DNA of 33,263 bases, from the NCBI GenBank assembly GCA_043814095.1, contig JBDRKI010000012.1, forward strand, positions 1-33,263. The letters run 5' to 3'. This stretch comes from Armatimonadota bacterium. GTDB lineage: Bacteria; Vulcanimicrobiota; JACPDS01; JBDRKI01. A program made the translations under genes and the position numbers. Shown here piece after piece: positions 16,861 through 27,122 of this stretch. The notes under the pieces were generated by a model that saw nothing but the letters and a program-made list of their open reading frames with translations, was not told where the DNA came from and did not search any database. Each line of letters begins with the position of its first letter. Within the stretch, counting starts at the first letter, position 1.

Positions 16861-18141
16861 ATGGGAAAACATGTTTTAGAAAGCGAAAAAAAATCAAACC
16901 CGTGGAAATTTTTATTGCTCTGCCTGGTTGCCGGTTTAATCCTGGCTGCGACGGGCTGGTTCTATATTTACAGCATTACTCCCAAAGACATGAGATCTTC
17001 TTTCAGCGAAGCCGTTAATTTTGTGACTAATCCGGGACAGGCCTTTTTCCAGAATAAAGATTCGGTTAATATTTTATGCCTGGGCCTGGACTATAATTAC
17101 ACTCCCGAAGGGATAATCTTTTCCAAATACGCCAGGGCGGATACCATATTTGTAATTAATATAAACCGCGACGGCATGATAAACATATTATCTATACCCA
17201 GGGATACCAGGGTTGATATAGCCGGCAGCGAATACGGCTATGATAAAATAAATACGACTTACGCGCTCGGGGAAAAAGATCTTGCCCAGAGAACGGTTGA
17301 AGACTTTCTCGGAATAGATATAGATTATTACGCGATTATCAGGATTAAAGCCACTAAAGAGCTTATAGATGCCATCGGCGGGATGGAAGTTGACGTGGAG
17401 AAAGACATAGATTATGACGATAACTGGGGGCATACCCATATACATCTTAAAAAGGGAAAACAGAAATTAAACGGAGAAGAAGCCGTCGGGTACAGCAGGT
17501 TCAGGTATGATGAGGAAGGCGATCGAGGAAGAATCCGCCGCCAGCAGCAGGTTTTAAAAGCCCTTGTGGGAGAGATTAAAAATCCCAAAAACATAACAAA
17601 GATAAATGATATTATAAAAGTTACAAAGAAAAATATAGAAACCAACATAAACACGACACAGCTTATAGATCTCGCACGGTTATACAGAAAATTTTCCGCC
17701 GCTAAGATAAATGCGGACCGGCTGGACGGCGAAGACGTTGATATAGAAGGTATAAGCTTTATAGTTCCCGACGAGGAAGAAAAAAGAATAAAAATAAACA
17801 GGATGTTCAGAGGTATTATAGAATATTTTCCCCGCGAGATTACGGTAAACGTGTATAACACCACGGATGAACCGGGCATAGCCCACGAGATTGCGAATAA
17901 ATTCTATAACGGAGGATATAACGTAAGCAAAATAGGGGATTATAGGGACATAAAAGAAGATGCCGAGCCCCTTGAAGAATCCCGTATTATAATAAAAAAG
18001 CCGGGAAGAAGACCTGCGGTGCAGATGATTGTAAACCAGCTCGGCATACCCTTAAAAGTTTATGATGAGCCCGGAGACGGCACCTGCGCGGATTTTGATA
18101 TATTGATAGGCGAGGATCTCGCCCATGAGCAGGGCGAATAA
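16861..18141 (+). CDS. LCP (LytR-CpsA-Psr) family protein with probable LytR_C domain
   Basis: N-terminal TM helix, RADTI, SIPRDTRV, KINTTY, SRFR..D.GRIRRQQ; C-terminal VNVYNTT and ILIGED. Confidence 0.92.
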   Translation: MGKHVLESEKKSNPWKFLLLCLVAGLILAATGWFYIYSITPKDMRSSFSEAVNFVTNPGQAFFQNKDSVNILCLGLDYNYTPEGIIFSKYARADTIFVININRDGMINILSIPRDTRVDIAGSEYGYDKINTTYALGEKDLAQRTVEDFLGIDIDYYAIIRIKATKELIDAIGGMEVDVEKDIDYDDNWGHTHIHLKKGKQKLNGEEAVGYSRFRYDEEGDRGRIRRQQQVLKALVGEIKNPKNITKINDIIKVTKKNIETNINTTQLIDLARLYRKFSAAKINADRLDGEDVDIEGISFIVPDEEEKRIKINRMFRGIIEYFPREITVNVYNTTDEPGIAHEIANKFYNGGYNVSKIGDYRDIKEDAEPLEESRIIIKKPGRRPAVQMIVNQLGIPLKVYDEPGDGTCADFDILIGEDLAHEQGE

Positions 18142-18165
18142 AATAATATTTTTAAAGGAGAAAAA

Positions 18166-19044
18166 ATGATGAAGACAACGGCAAAAATTCTGGTAATCGC
18201 GCTTATTCTTTCCGTGGGTATTTTTGTGCTTTCAAGCTGTTCGCGCACAGCCGCGACGGTTAACGGCGAAAAGATAACCTACAGCGAGCTTGATAAAGAG
18301 CTTGAAACTCTTTACGGCAAAGTGGTCCTGGAAGCCCTTGTAATGAAGAAGCTTATAGAGCAGGATTCAAAGAAAAACAAGATAACGGCTTCAAAGGAAG
18401 AAGTTGACGAAAAAATTAACGAACTTAAACAGAACCCCTATTTTGAACAGATGCTTAAAATGCAGAATACATCTTTAGATGCTTTAAGAGATGAGATAAA
18501 ACTGCAGATTATGGCGAAAAAACTGATGGTTAAGGACGTGACGGAAGACCAGCTCAAGGCCTTCTTTGAAGAGAATAAAGATAAGATACAGAAAATAAAG
18601 GCAAGCCATATTCTTGTAAAAGATAAATCCGAGGCGGAAGAAGCCCTGAAGAGACTTAATAACGGCGAGAGCTTTGTAGTCGTCGCGAAAGAAATGTCAG
18701 TGGATCCCGGCAGCAAGGATAAGGGCGGAGAGCTCGGCTATTTTACGAAAGCCGACATGGTTCCCGAATTCTATAAAGCCGCGGCTTCCACTCCCGCAGG
18801 CCAGATAAGCGTCATAACCAAAACGCCTTACGGCTACCATATAATTAAAGTGGAAGACAAAAAGCTGACATACGACGAACTTAAAGACGATGTGAAACAG
18901 TCTTACGGCGACGGTACTAAATTAAGACAGTACATCGGCGATCTTAAGAAAAACGCGAAGATAAAGATGTATCTCGGGAAAGAAAACGAAAAAAAGGAAG
19001 ACAAGAAAAAAGACAACGGGGATAAAAAAGAAGATAAAAAATAA
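18166..19044 (+). CDS. prsA: PrsA-like parvulin foldase lipoprotein
   Basis: Lipobox LSSC, AATVNGEKIT, ASHILV, SVDPGSKDKGGELG, YGYHIIKV. Confidence 0.88.
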   Translation: MMKTTAKILVIALILSVGIFVLSSCSRTAATVNGEKITYSELDKELETLYGKVVLEALVMKKLIEQDSKKNKITASKEEVDEKINELKQNPYFEQMLKMQNTSLDALRDEIKLQIMAKKLMVKDVTEDQLKAFFEENKDKIQKIKASHILVKDKSEAEEALKRLNNGESFVVVAKEMSVDPGSKDKGGELGYFTKADMVPEFYKAAASTPAGQISVITKTPYGYHIIKVEDKKLTYDELKDDVKQSYGDGTKLRQYIGDLKKNAKIKMYLGKENEKKEDKKKDNGDKKEDKK

Positions 19045-19066
19045 TAAAGCGTTAAATCGGTAATTT

Positions 19067-19100
19067 GTTGCAGGGGACCGGCATGCCCGTCCCCTGCAAC
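19067..19100. repeat. GC-rich REP-like palindrome, possibly a terminator
   Basis: GTTGCAGGGGA-ccggcatgcccg-TCCCCTGCAAC. Confidence 0.55.
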
Positions 19101-19167
19101 CACGTTTATTTAAAAATAAAACATAAAAAAAATCATAAAAAAGAGAAATCGTAAAAAAAGAAAAACC

Positions 19168-19947
19168 ATGAAAAAAAGTAAAAACAAATTCAAACAGATG
19201 GAAGAAATTATGGCTCGCCTGCGCGCTCCCGACGGATGTCCGTGGGATAAAGCACAGACACATAAGAGCCTGCTTCCTTTTTTAATTGAGGAAGCGTGTG
19301 AGGTCCGTGAAACAATAAGGAAAAGAAAATACGATCACCTGAAAGAAGAACTCGGGGATCTGCTGCTTCAAATATTTTTTCACGCGCAGATAGCGAAAGA
19401 AAAAAAACTGTTTGACATGGACGGCGTAATTGACGAACTCATGGATAAAATAGTAAAACGCCACCCGCACATATTTGATAAGTCCCATAAGAAGCTGAAA
19501 ACTCCGGAGCAGGTGCGCAGGACATGGGAAGAAATAAAGGTAAAAGAGAAAAACAGAGTTTCTATTCTTGAGGGAATTCCCAAGAGTCTTCCCTCCCTTC
19601 TTTATGCCCAGCGCCTGCAGAACAGGGCGTCCGAAGTGGGGTTTGACTGGGAAAACATTGATGATGTTATCGCGAAAATGAAGGAAGAAGAAGAAGAGCT
19701 TCTTTTATCATACCGCGAAAAAGATAAAAAAGCCATGAAAGAAGAGATAGGGGATCTTTTTTTCGCGCTTGTTAACGTGTGCAGGTTTATTAATATAGAC
19801 GCAGAAGAGGCCCTTGACCTGGCGAACAAGAAATTTGAAAAAAGATTTAAATATATTGAGAAACACGCCAAAAAAGAAAAAAGAAACCTTAAAGAAATGA
19901 CTCTTGACGAGATGGAATTACTTTGGAATAAAGCTAAAAATCGGTAA
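19168..19947 (+). CDS. mazG: nucleoside triphosphate pyrophosphohydrolase MazG
   Basis: LRAPDGCPWD, EELGDLLLQ, RHPHIF, EEIGDLFF. Confidence 0.96.
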   Translation: MKKSKNKFKQMEEIMARLRAPDGCPWDKAQTHKSLLPFLIEEACEVRETIRKRKYDHLKEELGDLLLQIFFHAQIAKEKKLFDMDGVIDELMDKIVKRHPHIFDKSHKKLKTPEQVRRTWEEIKVKEKNRVSILEGIPKSLPSLLYAQRLQNRASEVGFDWENIDDVIAKMKEEEEELLLSYREKDKKAMKEEIGDLFFALVNVCRFINIDAEEALDLANKKFEKRFKYIEKHAKKEKRNLKEMTLDEMELLWNKAKNR

Positions 19948-19969
19948 GTATTTAAAGGAGGATCAAGCT

Positions 19970-20599
19970 ATGAAAATAAGTTTTCTGCCCAAAGAAGAAA
20001 AGTTTTTTAACCTTTTTATCCAGCAGAGCGATATTATCGTAAGGGGCGCCGAGATATTAAAAGACGTAGCCGATAATTTAGAAACAATAAACCTTACGGA
20101 AAAAAACCAGGAAATAAGTCATCTTGAGCATATGGGTGACGATCTCGTGCACGAGATAGCCGTGGTTTTAAACAAAACCTTTGTTACCCCGATTGACAGG
20201 GAAGACATACATCATCTCGCGATGAACCTTGATGATGTTATGGACTATATCCAGGGCGCGGTTAACAGGCTCCAGCTTTACCAGATAGATAAATCCTCGC
20301 AGGAGTTTAAACAGCTTTCCGACGCGCTTTTGCGCTCATGCTACCTCATAAAAAAGGGGATAGAGCTTCTCCCAAGCTTTAATCAGGAAATAACTAAATT
20401 AAGAAAAGAGATGAACGCGCTTGAAAGAGAAGCCGACACGATTCACAGAACCGCGCTTGCCCGTATTTTTAACGGTGATTCAATGCCGGTACTCCAGGTT
20501 ATAAAATGGAAAGATATATACGGCAGTGTTGAGACTGCCACCGATAAATGCGAAGATGTATTTGATGTGTTAGAGGCGGTGGTTTTAAAGCATGCTTAG
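19970..20599 (+). CDS. DUF47/PhoU-like phosphate transport regulator
   Basis: AAGGAGG RBS before ATG 19970; LEH.GD, LNKTFVTPIDREDI, D.CEDV. Confidence 0.92.
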   Translation: MKISFLPKEEKFFNLFIQQSDIIVRGAEILKDVADNLETINLTEKNQEISHLEHMGDDLVHEIAVVLNKTFVTPIDREDIHHLAMNLDDVMDYIQGAVNRLQLYQIDKSSQEFKQLSDALLRSCYLIKKGIELLPSFNQEITKLRKEMNALEREADTIHRTALARIFNGDSMPVLQVIKWKDIYGSVETATDKCEDVFDVLEAVVLKHA

Positions 20600-21590
20600 C
20601 GGCGTATTATGTCTTCTGGTTATAATCGTAATAGTTGCTCTTATCTTTGATTATGTTAACGGTTTTCATGATTCCGCAAATGCTATAGCGACCGTGGTAT
20701 CCACGCGCGCTTTAACGCCCAGGCAGGGTGTTCTGCTTGCCGGAGCCTTGAATTTTATAGGCGCTTTCCTAAGCACGCATGTCGCGCAGACGGTAGGCAA
20801 GGGGCTTGTGGATGTAGTGCAGGTAACCCAGGTGGTTGTTCTTTCCGGCCTTATAGGCGCGATAATATGGAATCTGCTTACATGGTATTTCGGGCTTCCC
20901 TCTTCAAGTTCACACGCGTTAATAGGCGGGCTTGTCGGCGCCGTTATAGTGCACAGCGGTCTTGCTTTTGTGCACTGGATGGATATTGTAAAAAAAGTTC
21001 TGCTCCCCGCCGTTATATCTCCCGTGATAGGATTAATCGTGGGTTTTATCTTTATGGTTATATTAATATGGACATTCAGAAAGGCTAATCCTTTTAAAGT
21101 AAATAATTTTTTCAGGAAAGCCCAGATAGTGTCGGCGTCTTTTATGGCGCTTTCACACGGCACAAACGACGCGCAGAAAGTTATGGGTATAATAACCCTT
21201 GCTTTATTAAGTGCGGGAGCTATCAATGTTTTTGAAGTCCCCATGTGGGTTAAAGTTGCATGCGCTCTTGCTATGGCCCTGGGAACCTCTGCCGGCGGGT
21301 GGAGGATTATAAGGACGCTGGGGGCAAAGACTGTTAAGCTTAAGCCCATACAGGGGTTTGCTGCCGAGACAGCGGCATCTATAGTCCTGTTTACAACGGC
21401 GCATTTCGGTTTTCCGGTCAGCACCACCCATGTAATAACTTCATCAATTATGGGCGCGGGCGCAACACAGCGTCTTTCGGCCGTAAGGTGGGGCGTTGCC
21501 AATACCATACTTATGGCATGGATATTTACACTCCCCGCATCAGCCCTTATGGGCGGTATTGCGTACGCGCTTTTAAAATTTGTGTTTTAA
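20592..21590 (+). CDS. pit: inorganic phosphate transporter, PiT family
   Basis: NGFHDSANAIAT, GLPSSSSHALIG, HGTNDAQK, PVSTTH. Confidence 0.96.
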   Translation: MLSGVLCLLVIIVIVALIFDYVNGFHDSANAIATVVSTRALTPRQGVLLAGALNFIGAFLSTHVAQTVGKGLVDVVQVTQVVVLSGLIGAIIWNLLTWYFGLPSSSSHALIGGLVGAVIVHSGLAFVHWMDIVKKVLLPAVISPVIGLIVGFIFMVILIWTFRKANPFKVNNFFRKAQIVSASFMALSHGTNDAQKVMGIITLALLSAGAINVFEVPMWVKVACALAMALGTSAGGWRIIRTLGAKTVKLKPIQGFAAETAASIVLFTTAHFGFPVSTTHVITSSIMGAGATQRLSAVRWGVANTILMAWIFTLPASALMGGIAYALLKFVF

Positions 21591-21640
21591 AGGAAAATAA
21601 AATTATAAAAGCAAAGTAATAAATAATATAAAAATAATAA

Positions 21641-22957
<1,317 letters not shown>

Positions 22958-22984
22958 ATTAACAAAAATCAGCTTAAAATAAGT

Positions 22985-23014
22985 AAAAACAGGGACTTAA
23001 AAGTCCCTGTTTTT
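22985..23014 (+). terminator. intrinsic terminator after eno
   Basis: AAAAACAGGGACTT-aa-AAGTCCCTGTTTTT. Confidence 0.85.
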
Positions 23015-23023
23015 ATATCCAGA

Positions 23024-23075
23024 TTTTTACACCCTAGTGTAAAAAATTTGACAATAATTTTGACTATGGTATAAT
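23024..23075 (+). promoter_or_regulatory. promoter with upstream palindrome for the AAA ATPase
   Basis: TTTTTACAC-ccta-GTGTAAAAA (23024-23045), then TTGACA-N16-TATAAT with TG extension. Confidence 0.65.
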
Positions 23076-23112
23076 ATTCTGGAAGAGCACAAATTGCCCA
23101 GCAGGAGGCTTT

Positions 23113-24291
23113 ATGATAAAAAAAAGATATCTTTATAAATATATAGCTGAAGATTTAAAAGAAAAAATGGTTTTTATAGGGGGTCCGAGGCAAGTTGGAA
23201 AAACTACTCTTGCTGAATATGTTGGCAAAAAAAAATATGAGAATTATGAATATTTAAATTGGGATGACAGACAAGACAGAAAAAACATTATAGAAAGTAA
23301 GTTTTCGTCCGATGCGCGGCTCATTATTTTTGATGAGATACATAAATACAGAACCTGGAAAAATTATATAAAAGGCCTGTTTGACAAATATAAAGACCGA
23401 TTCAATATTTTAGTAACCGGCAGTGCCAGGCTGGATTTATACCGCAAGGGCGGGGACTCATTGATGGGCAGGTACCATTATTATAAGCTTCATCCGTTTT
23501 CTATGGGAGAAGCTTTAGATTTGAATCCTGCCGTTCAGATTTTTAAAGAACTGAATTTTGTTTCGTCAAACAATGATACTATAAAGTTATTTGATGCTTT
23601 GCTTCATTTCGGAGGCTTTCCCGAGCCATTTATTAAGCAGGATGAAAAAACATTAAGGCGGTTTCATAATGAATATATAGACAGGCTGGTTAAAGAGGAT
23701 ATAAGGGATATTAATCAAATTCGCGACCTGTCTTCTTTACAGGTTCTTGTTGAAATTCTGCCGGAAAAAGTAGGCTCGCTTCTCTCGCTTCATTCATTAC
23801 AGGAGGACTTACAGGTAGCTCACAAAACCGTTTCTTCATGGATAGATATTCTGGAAAGATTTTATTTTCTTTTCAGGCTGCACCCTTTTTCTTTCAGCAC
23901 TATAAAATCTTTGCGCAGGCAGCCCAAAATGTATCTGTGGGATTGGTCCCAGATTAAGGATAAAGACAAGAGACTGGAAAATTTAATAGCATCCGCTCTT
24001 CTTAAGACGGCTCATTTTCTGCATGATGCCGAAGGCTATAAAACGCAAGTTACGTTTTTAAGGGACATAGAAGGAAGGGAAGTAGATTTCCTGGTTTTAG
24101 TTGATAAAAAACCGTGGATAGCCGTTGAAGTAAAAAATTCAAAAACTTCAATCTCATCTTCTCTTAAATACTTCGGGTCAAAATTAAATATCCCTTATAA
24201 ATACCAGATAGTGGGAGAAAAAAATATAGATTTTTTTAAAGATGATATAAGGGTAATAAGCGCGGATAAGTTCTTGACGGGATTAGCATAA
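23113..24291 (+). CDS. AAA_14/DUF4143-family ATP-binding protein
   Basis: GPRQVGKTT, IFDEIHK, VTGSA, FGGFPEP, PKMYLWD, and C-terminal REVDF..AVEVK nuclease-like motif. Confidence 0.9.
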   Translation: MIKKRYLYKYIAEDLKEKMVFIGGPRQVGKTTLAEYVGKKKYENYEYLNWDDRQDRKNIIESKFSSDARLIIFDEIHKYRTWKNYIKGLFDKYKDRFNILVTGSARLDLYRKGGDSLMGRYHYYKLHPFSMGEALDLNPAVQIFKELNFVSSNNDTIKLFDALLHFGGFPEPFIKQDEKTLRRFHNEYIDRLVKEDIRDINQIRDLSSLQVLVEILPEKVGSLLSLHSLQEDLQVAHKTVSSWIDILERFYFLFRLHPFSFSTIKSLRRQPKMYLWDWSQIKDKDKRLENLIASALLKTAHFLHDAEGYKTQVTFLRDIEGREVDFLVLVDKKPWIAVEVKNSKTSISSSLKYFGSKLNIPYKYQIVGEKNIDFFKDDIRVISADKFLTGLA

Positions 24292-24317
24292 AAAAGCCGT
24301 CCTTATTAAGAACGGCC
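24292..24317 (-). terminator. hairpin between convergent genes, T tail on minus strand
   Basis: AAAAAGCCGT-ccttattaaga-ACGGC. Confidence 0.55.
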
Positions 24318-24344
24318 CGTAAATTTATTTAACCTTAATAGTTT

Positions 24345-26468
24345 TTAAAAATTTCTAAAAGGGAAGTCTGTTTTTCTGGTAGGAAGATCTGCTGCATAGC
24401 CGTCATTTTCTATAACAACGGGTTCCCGTTCTTCTGTTATAGCAGTTTCATCTACTTCATGCGGCTTTACAGGTTCTATTTCAAGCGCTTCCCTTGCGGA
24501 TATTATGCCCGAAAGGATGTCTTTAATTTCCGCAAACTCTTCAGCTTTTTCTTCTTCGCCCTTTATTTTATCTGCTGTTTCACCTGTTTTTTTAGCTTCT
24601 TCTTTCTTTTTGGTGAGAAGCTCCTTCATTTTTCCCATAATATCCGTAAAGGATTTAAGGGCATCTTCTTTCTGTTTATTAAGCTCTTTTATGTTATTTT
24701 TCATCGCTGTGAATTTAGAAGGATCTTCTACTTTATCCTTGCCCGGTTCGGTTACGGCGTCATAATTTTTATTCTTTACGTTTTCAGCTATCTTATTTGC
24801 TTCAGGATTAACCGTGCCTTTTTCTTCCTTCTTTTTGTCAATCTGGGCTTTTGTTTTTTCGCTTGTGCCGTTAGTTATCGCGCTGAGTTTCTTTCCCCGT
24901 TCTTCTTTTACTGAATTAAGTCTTTCGGTTATGGAGGGCTTGGTTGATTTAAGATAGCTTAATATATCTTCAGTCCTTTTTATTTCTTTTTCCGCCGCTT
25001 CTTTTTCTGTCTTGGCTTTATCCATTTTTAGCTCGGCATATATTTTTTCTCTTTCATATAATACTCCTACCTTGGGTTCGGCGCTGTTTGCTAATTTTTC
25101 ATAATATTTATAATCCGCTTCAGCTGTCTTATAATCCGTCTCGGCCTTGTTCTTATCATTTTCAAATTTTGTTTTATCTTTTTCTACTTTTGTTTCTACA
25201 TCTTTCGCTAAGGATTCTTTTCCCTGGAGATTCCCTATATTCGTATCTTTATTGTAATCTTTAAGGGCGCTCTCAACTTCGTTTTTCTGCAGGTTTTCTT
25301 TGTTTGCAAGGGCACTGTGTTTGCTTAAAAAGTCTTCTTTGTTTTTGCTATCTTCGCTTTTAAGTCCGTAGGTATTTTTTATACCCTCTGTCTCTTCTTT
25401 CTGTGCCTGAGGTATTTTAGCAGGGTTGTTCTGTCCGCCCTTAACCAGGTCTTCAAGGTTGCCTTTGTGCAGTTCGCCGAAATCCTTAACTATTTTATCA
25501 TTTCTTTCCTGTATGTAATTTTTCGCGTATTCATTGCCTTTTGAATTTATTGAAGCGTCAAAATGCTTCTCGGTGTTTTCTTTGGCGCCTTCGGTATCTT
25601 TTATATCGTTTTCTATCTGCCCTATTTTTTCGTTTAAGGTGCCTTCTTTAAGTATATAATTGCCGCTTTCATCGAATTTACCGCTTACGCCGTTAATTGA
25701 TTCTTTCATTTTATCTGTATGAAGGTCGTTCTGATCTACATCGGCATATGCTATGGGTCCGCTCTGTGAAGCGACCGGAGCTTTTTCAGCGTCTTTTACA
25801 GAAGCGGCTGCGCCTGGCTTACTGGAAGATGTTGTTTCCTTGCTGTCTTTATTATCATCTTCATCTTTTCTGCCGAAGTTTCCGATAGTTTCAAAAGCTT
25901 CTCCCAGCTTATCAAATGCGCTACCGTCAGAACCTGCCGCCGCACCCATTGAGGGTATCCCGGGCATGCTTCCAGAAGGCATTGCCGCTCCGCCTGCGGG
26001 CATTGAGCCCATAGTAGGCATCTGTAGTTCAGGGAAAGACAGTCCAGGCGCAATATTAACCTGAGAAAGCGGATCCATAAGACCGGAAGATATATTTACT
26101 GAATCTTCATAAGCGCCGTTATAATTATTTGCGATGTTTTCAAATTCACTGTCAAGTTCGTTGTCCCCCAACTTTGTTTTTATAAAATCGGCAAGGTCTT
26201 CTTCTTTTATTCCTTCAAGTTCTTTTAAGAAGCTGTCATTAATCCACTTTAATCCTTCGTCTTTCTGGTCTTCGGACATCTGTGCGTATTCTTTTAAGGT
26301 TTTACCGGTTGTTTCCTGTATGTATCTTTCCAGGTTATTTACATTATAAATATTGGTATCGCCTGAAGCTCCAGGTTTCGCCGTAAGATCATTTGATTTG
26401 GCAACCATCTGGTAAGCCCATAGTTTATTAATATTGTTGTTTCCGTTGTTGTTAATCGGTGTAGTCAT
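24345..26468 (-). CDS. orphan, about 707 aa, coiled-coil with Gly/Met/Pro-rich segment
   Basis: Long ORF; GAGGTG RBS before ATG 26468 (MTTPINNNGNNN); K/E-rich helical body; no recognised motif. Confidence 0.9.
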   Translation of the reverse strand: MTTPINNNGNNNINKLWAYQMVAKSNDLTAKPGASGDTNIYNVNNLERYIQETTGKTLKEYAQMSEDQKDEGLKWINDSFLKELEGIKEEDLADFIKTKLGDNELDSEFENIANNYNGAYEDSVNISSGLMDPLSQVNIAPGLSFPELQMPTMGSMPAGGAAMPSGSMPGIPSMGAAAGSDGSAFDKLGEAFETIGNFGRKDEDDNKDSKETTSSSKPGAAASVKDAEKAPVASQSGPIAYADVDQNDLHTDKMKESINGVSGKFDESGNYILKEGTLNEKIGQIENDIKDTEGAKENTEKHFDASINSKGNEYAKNYIQERNDKIVKDFGELHKGNLEDLVKGGQNNPAKIPQAQKEETEGIKNTYGLKSEDSKNKEDFLSKHSALANKENLQKNEVESALKDYNKDTNIGNLQGKESLAKDVETKVEKDKTKFENDKNKAETDYKTAEADYKYYEKLANSAEPKVGVLYEREKIYAELKMDKAKTEKEAAEKEIKRTEDILSYLKSTKPSITERLNSVKEERGKKLSAITNGTSEKTKAQIDKKKEEKGTVNPEANKIAENVKNKNYDAVTEPGKDKVEDPSKFTAMKNNIKELNKQKEDALKSFTDIMGKMKELLTKKKEEAKKTGETADKIKGEEEKAEEFAEIKDILSGIISAREALEIEPVKPHEVDETAITEEREPVVIENDGYAADLPTRKTDFPFRNF

Positions 26469-26535
26469 AATAAACACCTCGCAAGTAAAATGTATGCAGG
26501 CATACCTTAATAACGGGTATTCCCTGCTTACTATA

Positions 26536-26613
26536 ATTATAGCATTTAAGGAGGATAATTTTAATACAAAAATGTTAACAAAATGTTAACTTTTTGTTAA
26601 CAGGGTGTTAACA
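26536..26613 (-). promoter_or_regulatory. promoter with four TGTTAACA-type repeats at 11-bp period (copy 1)
   Basis: Repeats start at 26573, 26584, 26595, 26606; extended -10 TGCTATAAT at 26544-26536. Confidence 0.85.
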
Positions 26614-26671
26614 TTTAGGCGTGTTTTTTTCTTTGTTTTAAGCTGTTTTTGGGGATGGTTTATGTGAAATA

Positions 26672-26701
26672 AAGAAGCCCTGATTCAAAATCAGGGCTTT
26701 T
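26672..26701 (-). terminator. intrinsic terminator after the 120-aa orphan
   Basis: AAGCCCTGATT-caa-AATCAGGGCTT hairpin with T-rich tails. Confidence 0.8.
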
Positions 26702-26729
26702 AACCATAGATTATTGAAGTTAATATATA

Positions 26730-27092
26730 TTATGCTCCGTAAGTCTGTCTCTGGAGGTCTCTTATTGCGCATGAAACTGCGTTCATCTGGTCCTTCTGGT
26801 TTATAAGATACAGCCACGGCAGTGTCGCGCTAGTGATATCCGTAAGGAAGTTAGCGGCTACATTCCATCCGCTCTGCGGTGCGTTAGAGGAAGTAGATAC
26901 CGCTCTCTGGTTCATTGACGGGAAAAGGCCCATGCCCATAGGCGAGAATCCGCCGCCCATCATTGATGTTAATACCAGAGTATCCAGTATGTTTGTTCCA
27001 AGAAGTCCGCCGCCCCCGAGCATTCCTCCATACATCATTGAGGAGAACATTCCGGGAAGTGCGGGTGTTATGTTCATGTTCCAGTTACTCAT
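26730..27092 (-). CDS. orphan, about 120 aa, Gly/Met-rich, ends QTYGA
   Basis: AAAGGAG RBS before ATG 27092; follows the 635-aa gene and precedes a terminator. Confidence 0.85.
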   Translation of the reverse strand: MSNWNMNITPALPGMFSSMMYGGMLGGGGLLGTNILDTLVLTSMMGGGFSPMGMGLFPSMNQRAVSTSSNAPQSGWNVAANFLTDITSATLPWLYLINQKDQMNAVSCAIRDLQRQTYGA

Positions 27093-27122
27093 ATATATCA
27101 ACTCCTTTATAATTATACCTTA

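Noticed and set aside
19904-19969. N-terminal extension of DUF47 in the ORF track
   Set aside because: Overlaps mazG; strong RBS supports ATG 19970
20666-21508. 280-aa minus-strand ORF
   Set aside because: Antisense shadow of the hydrophobic pit gene
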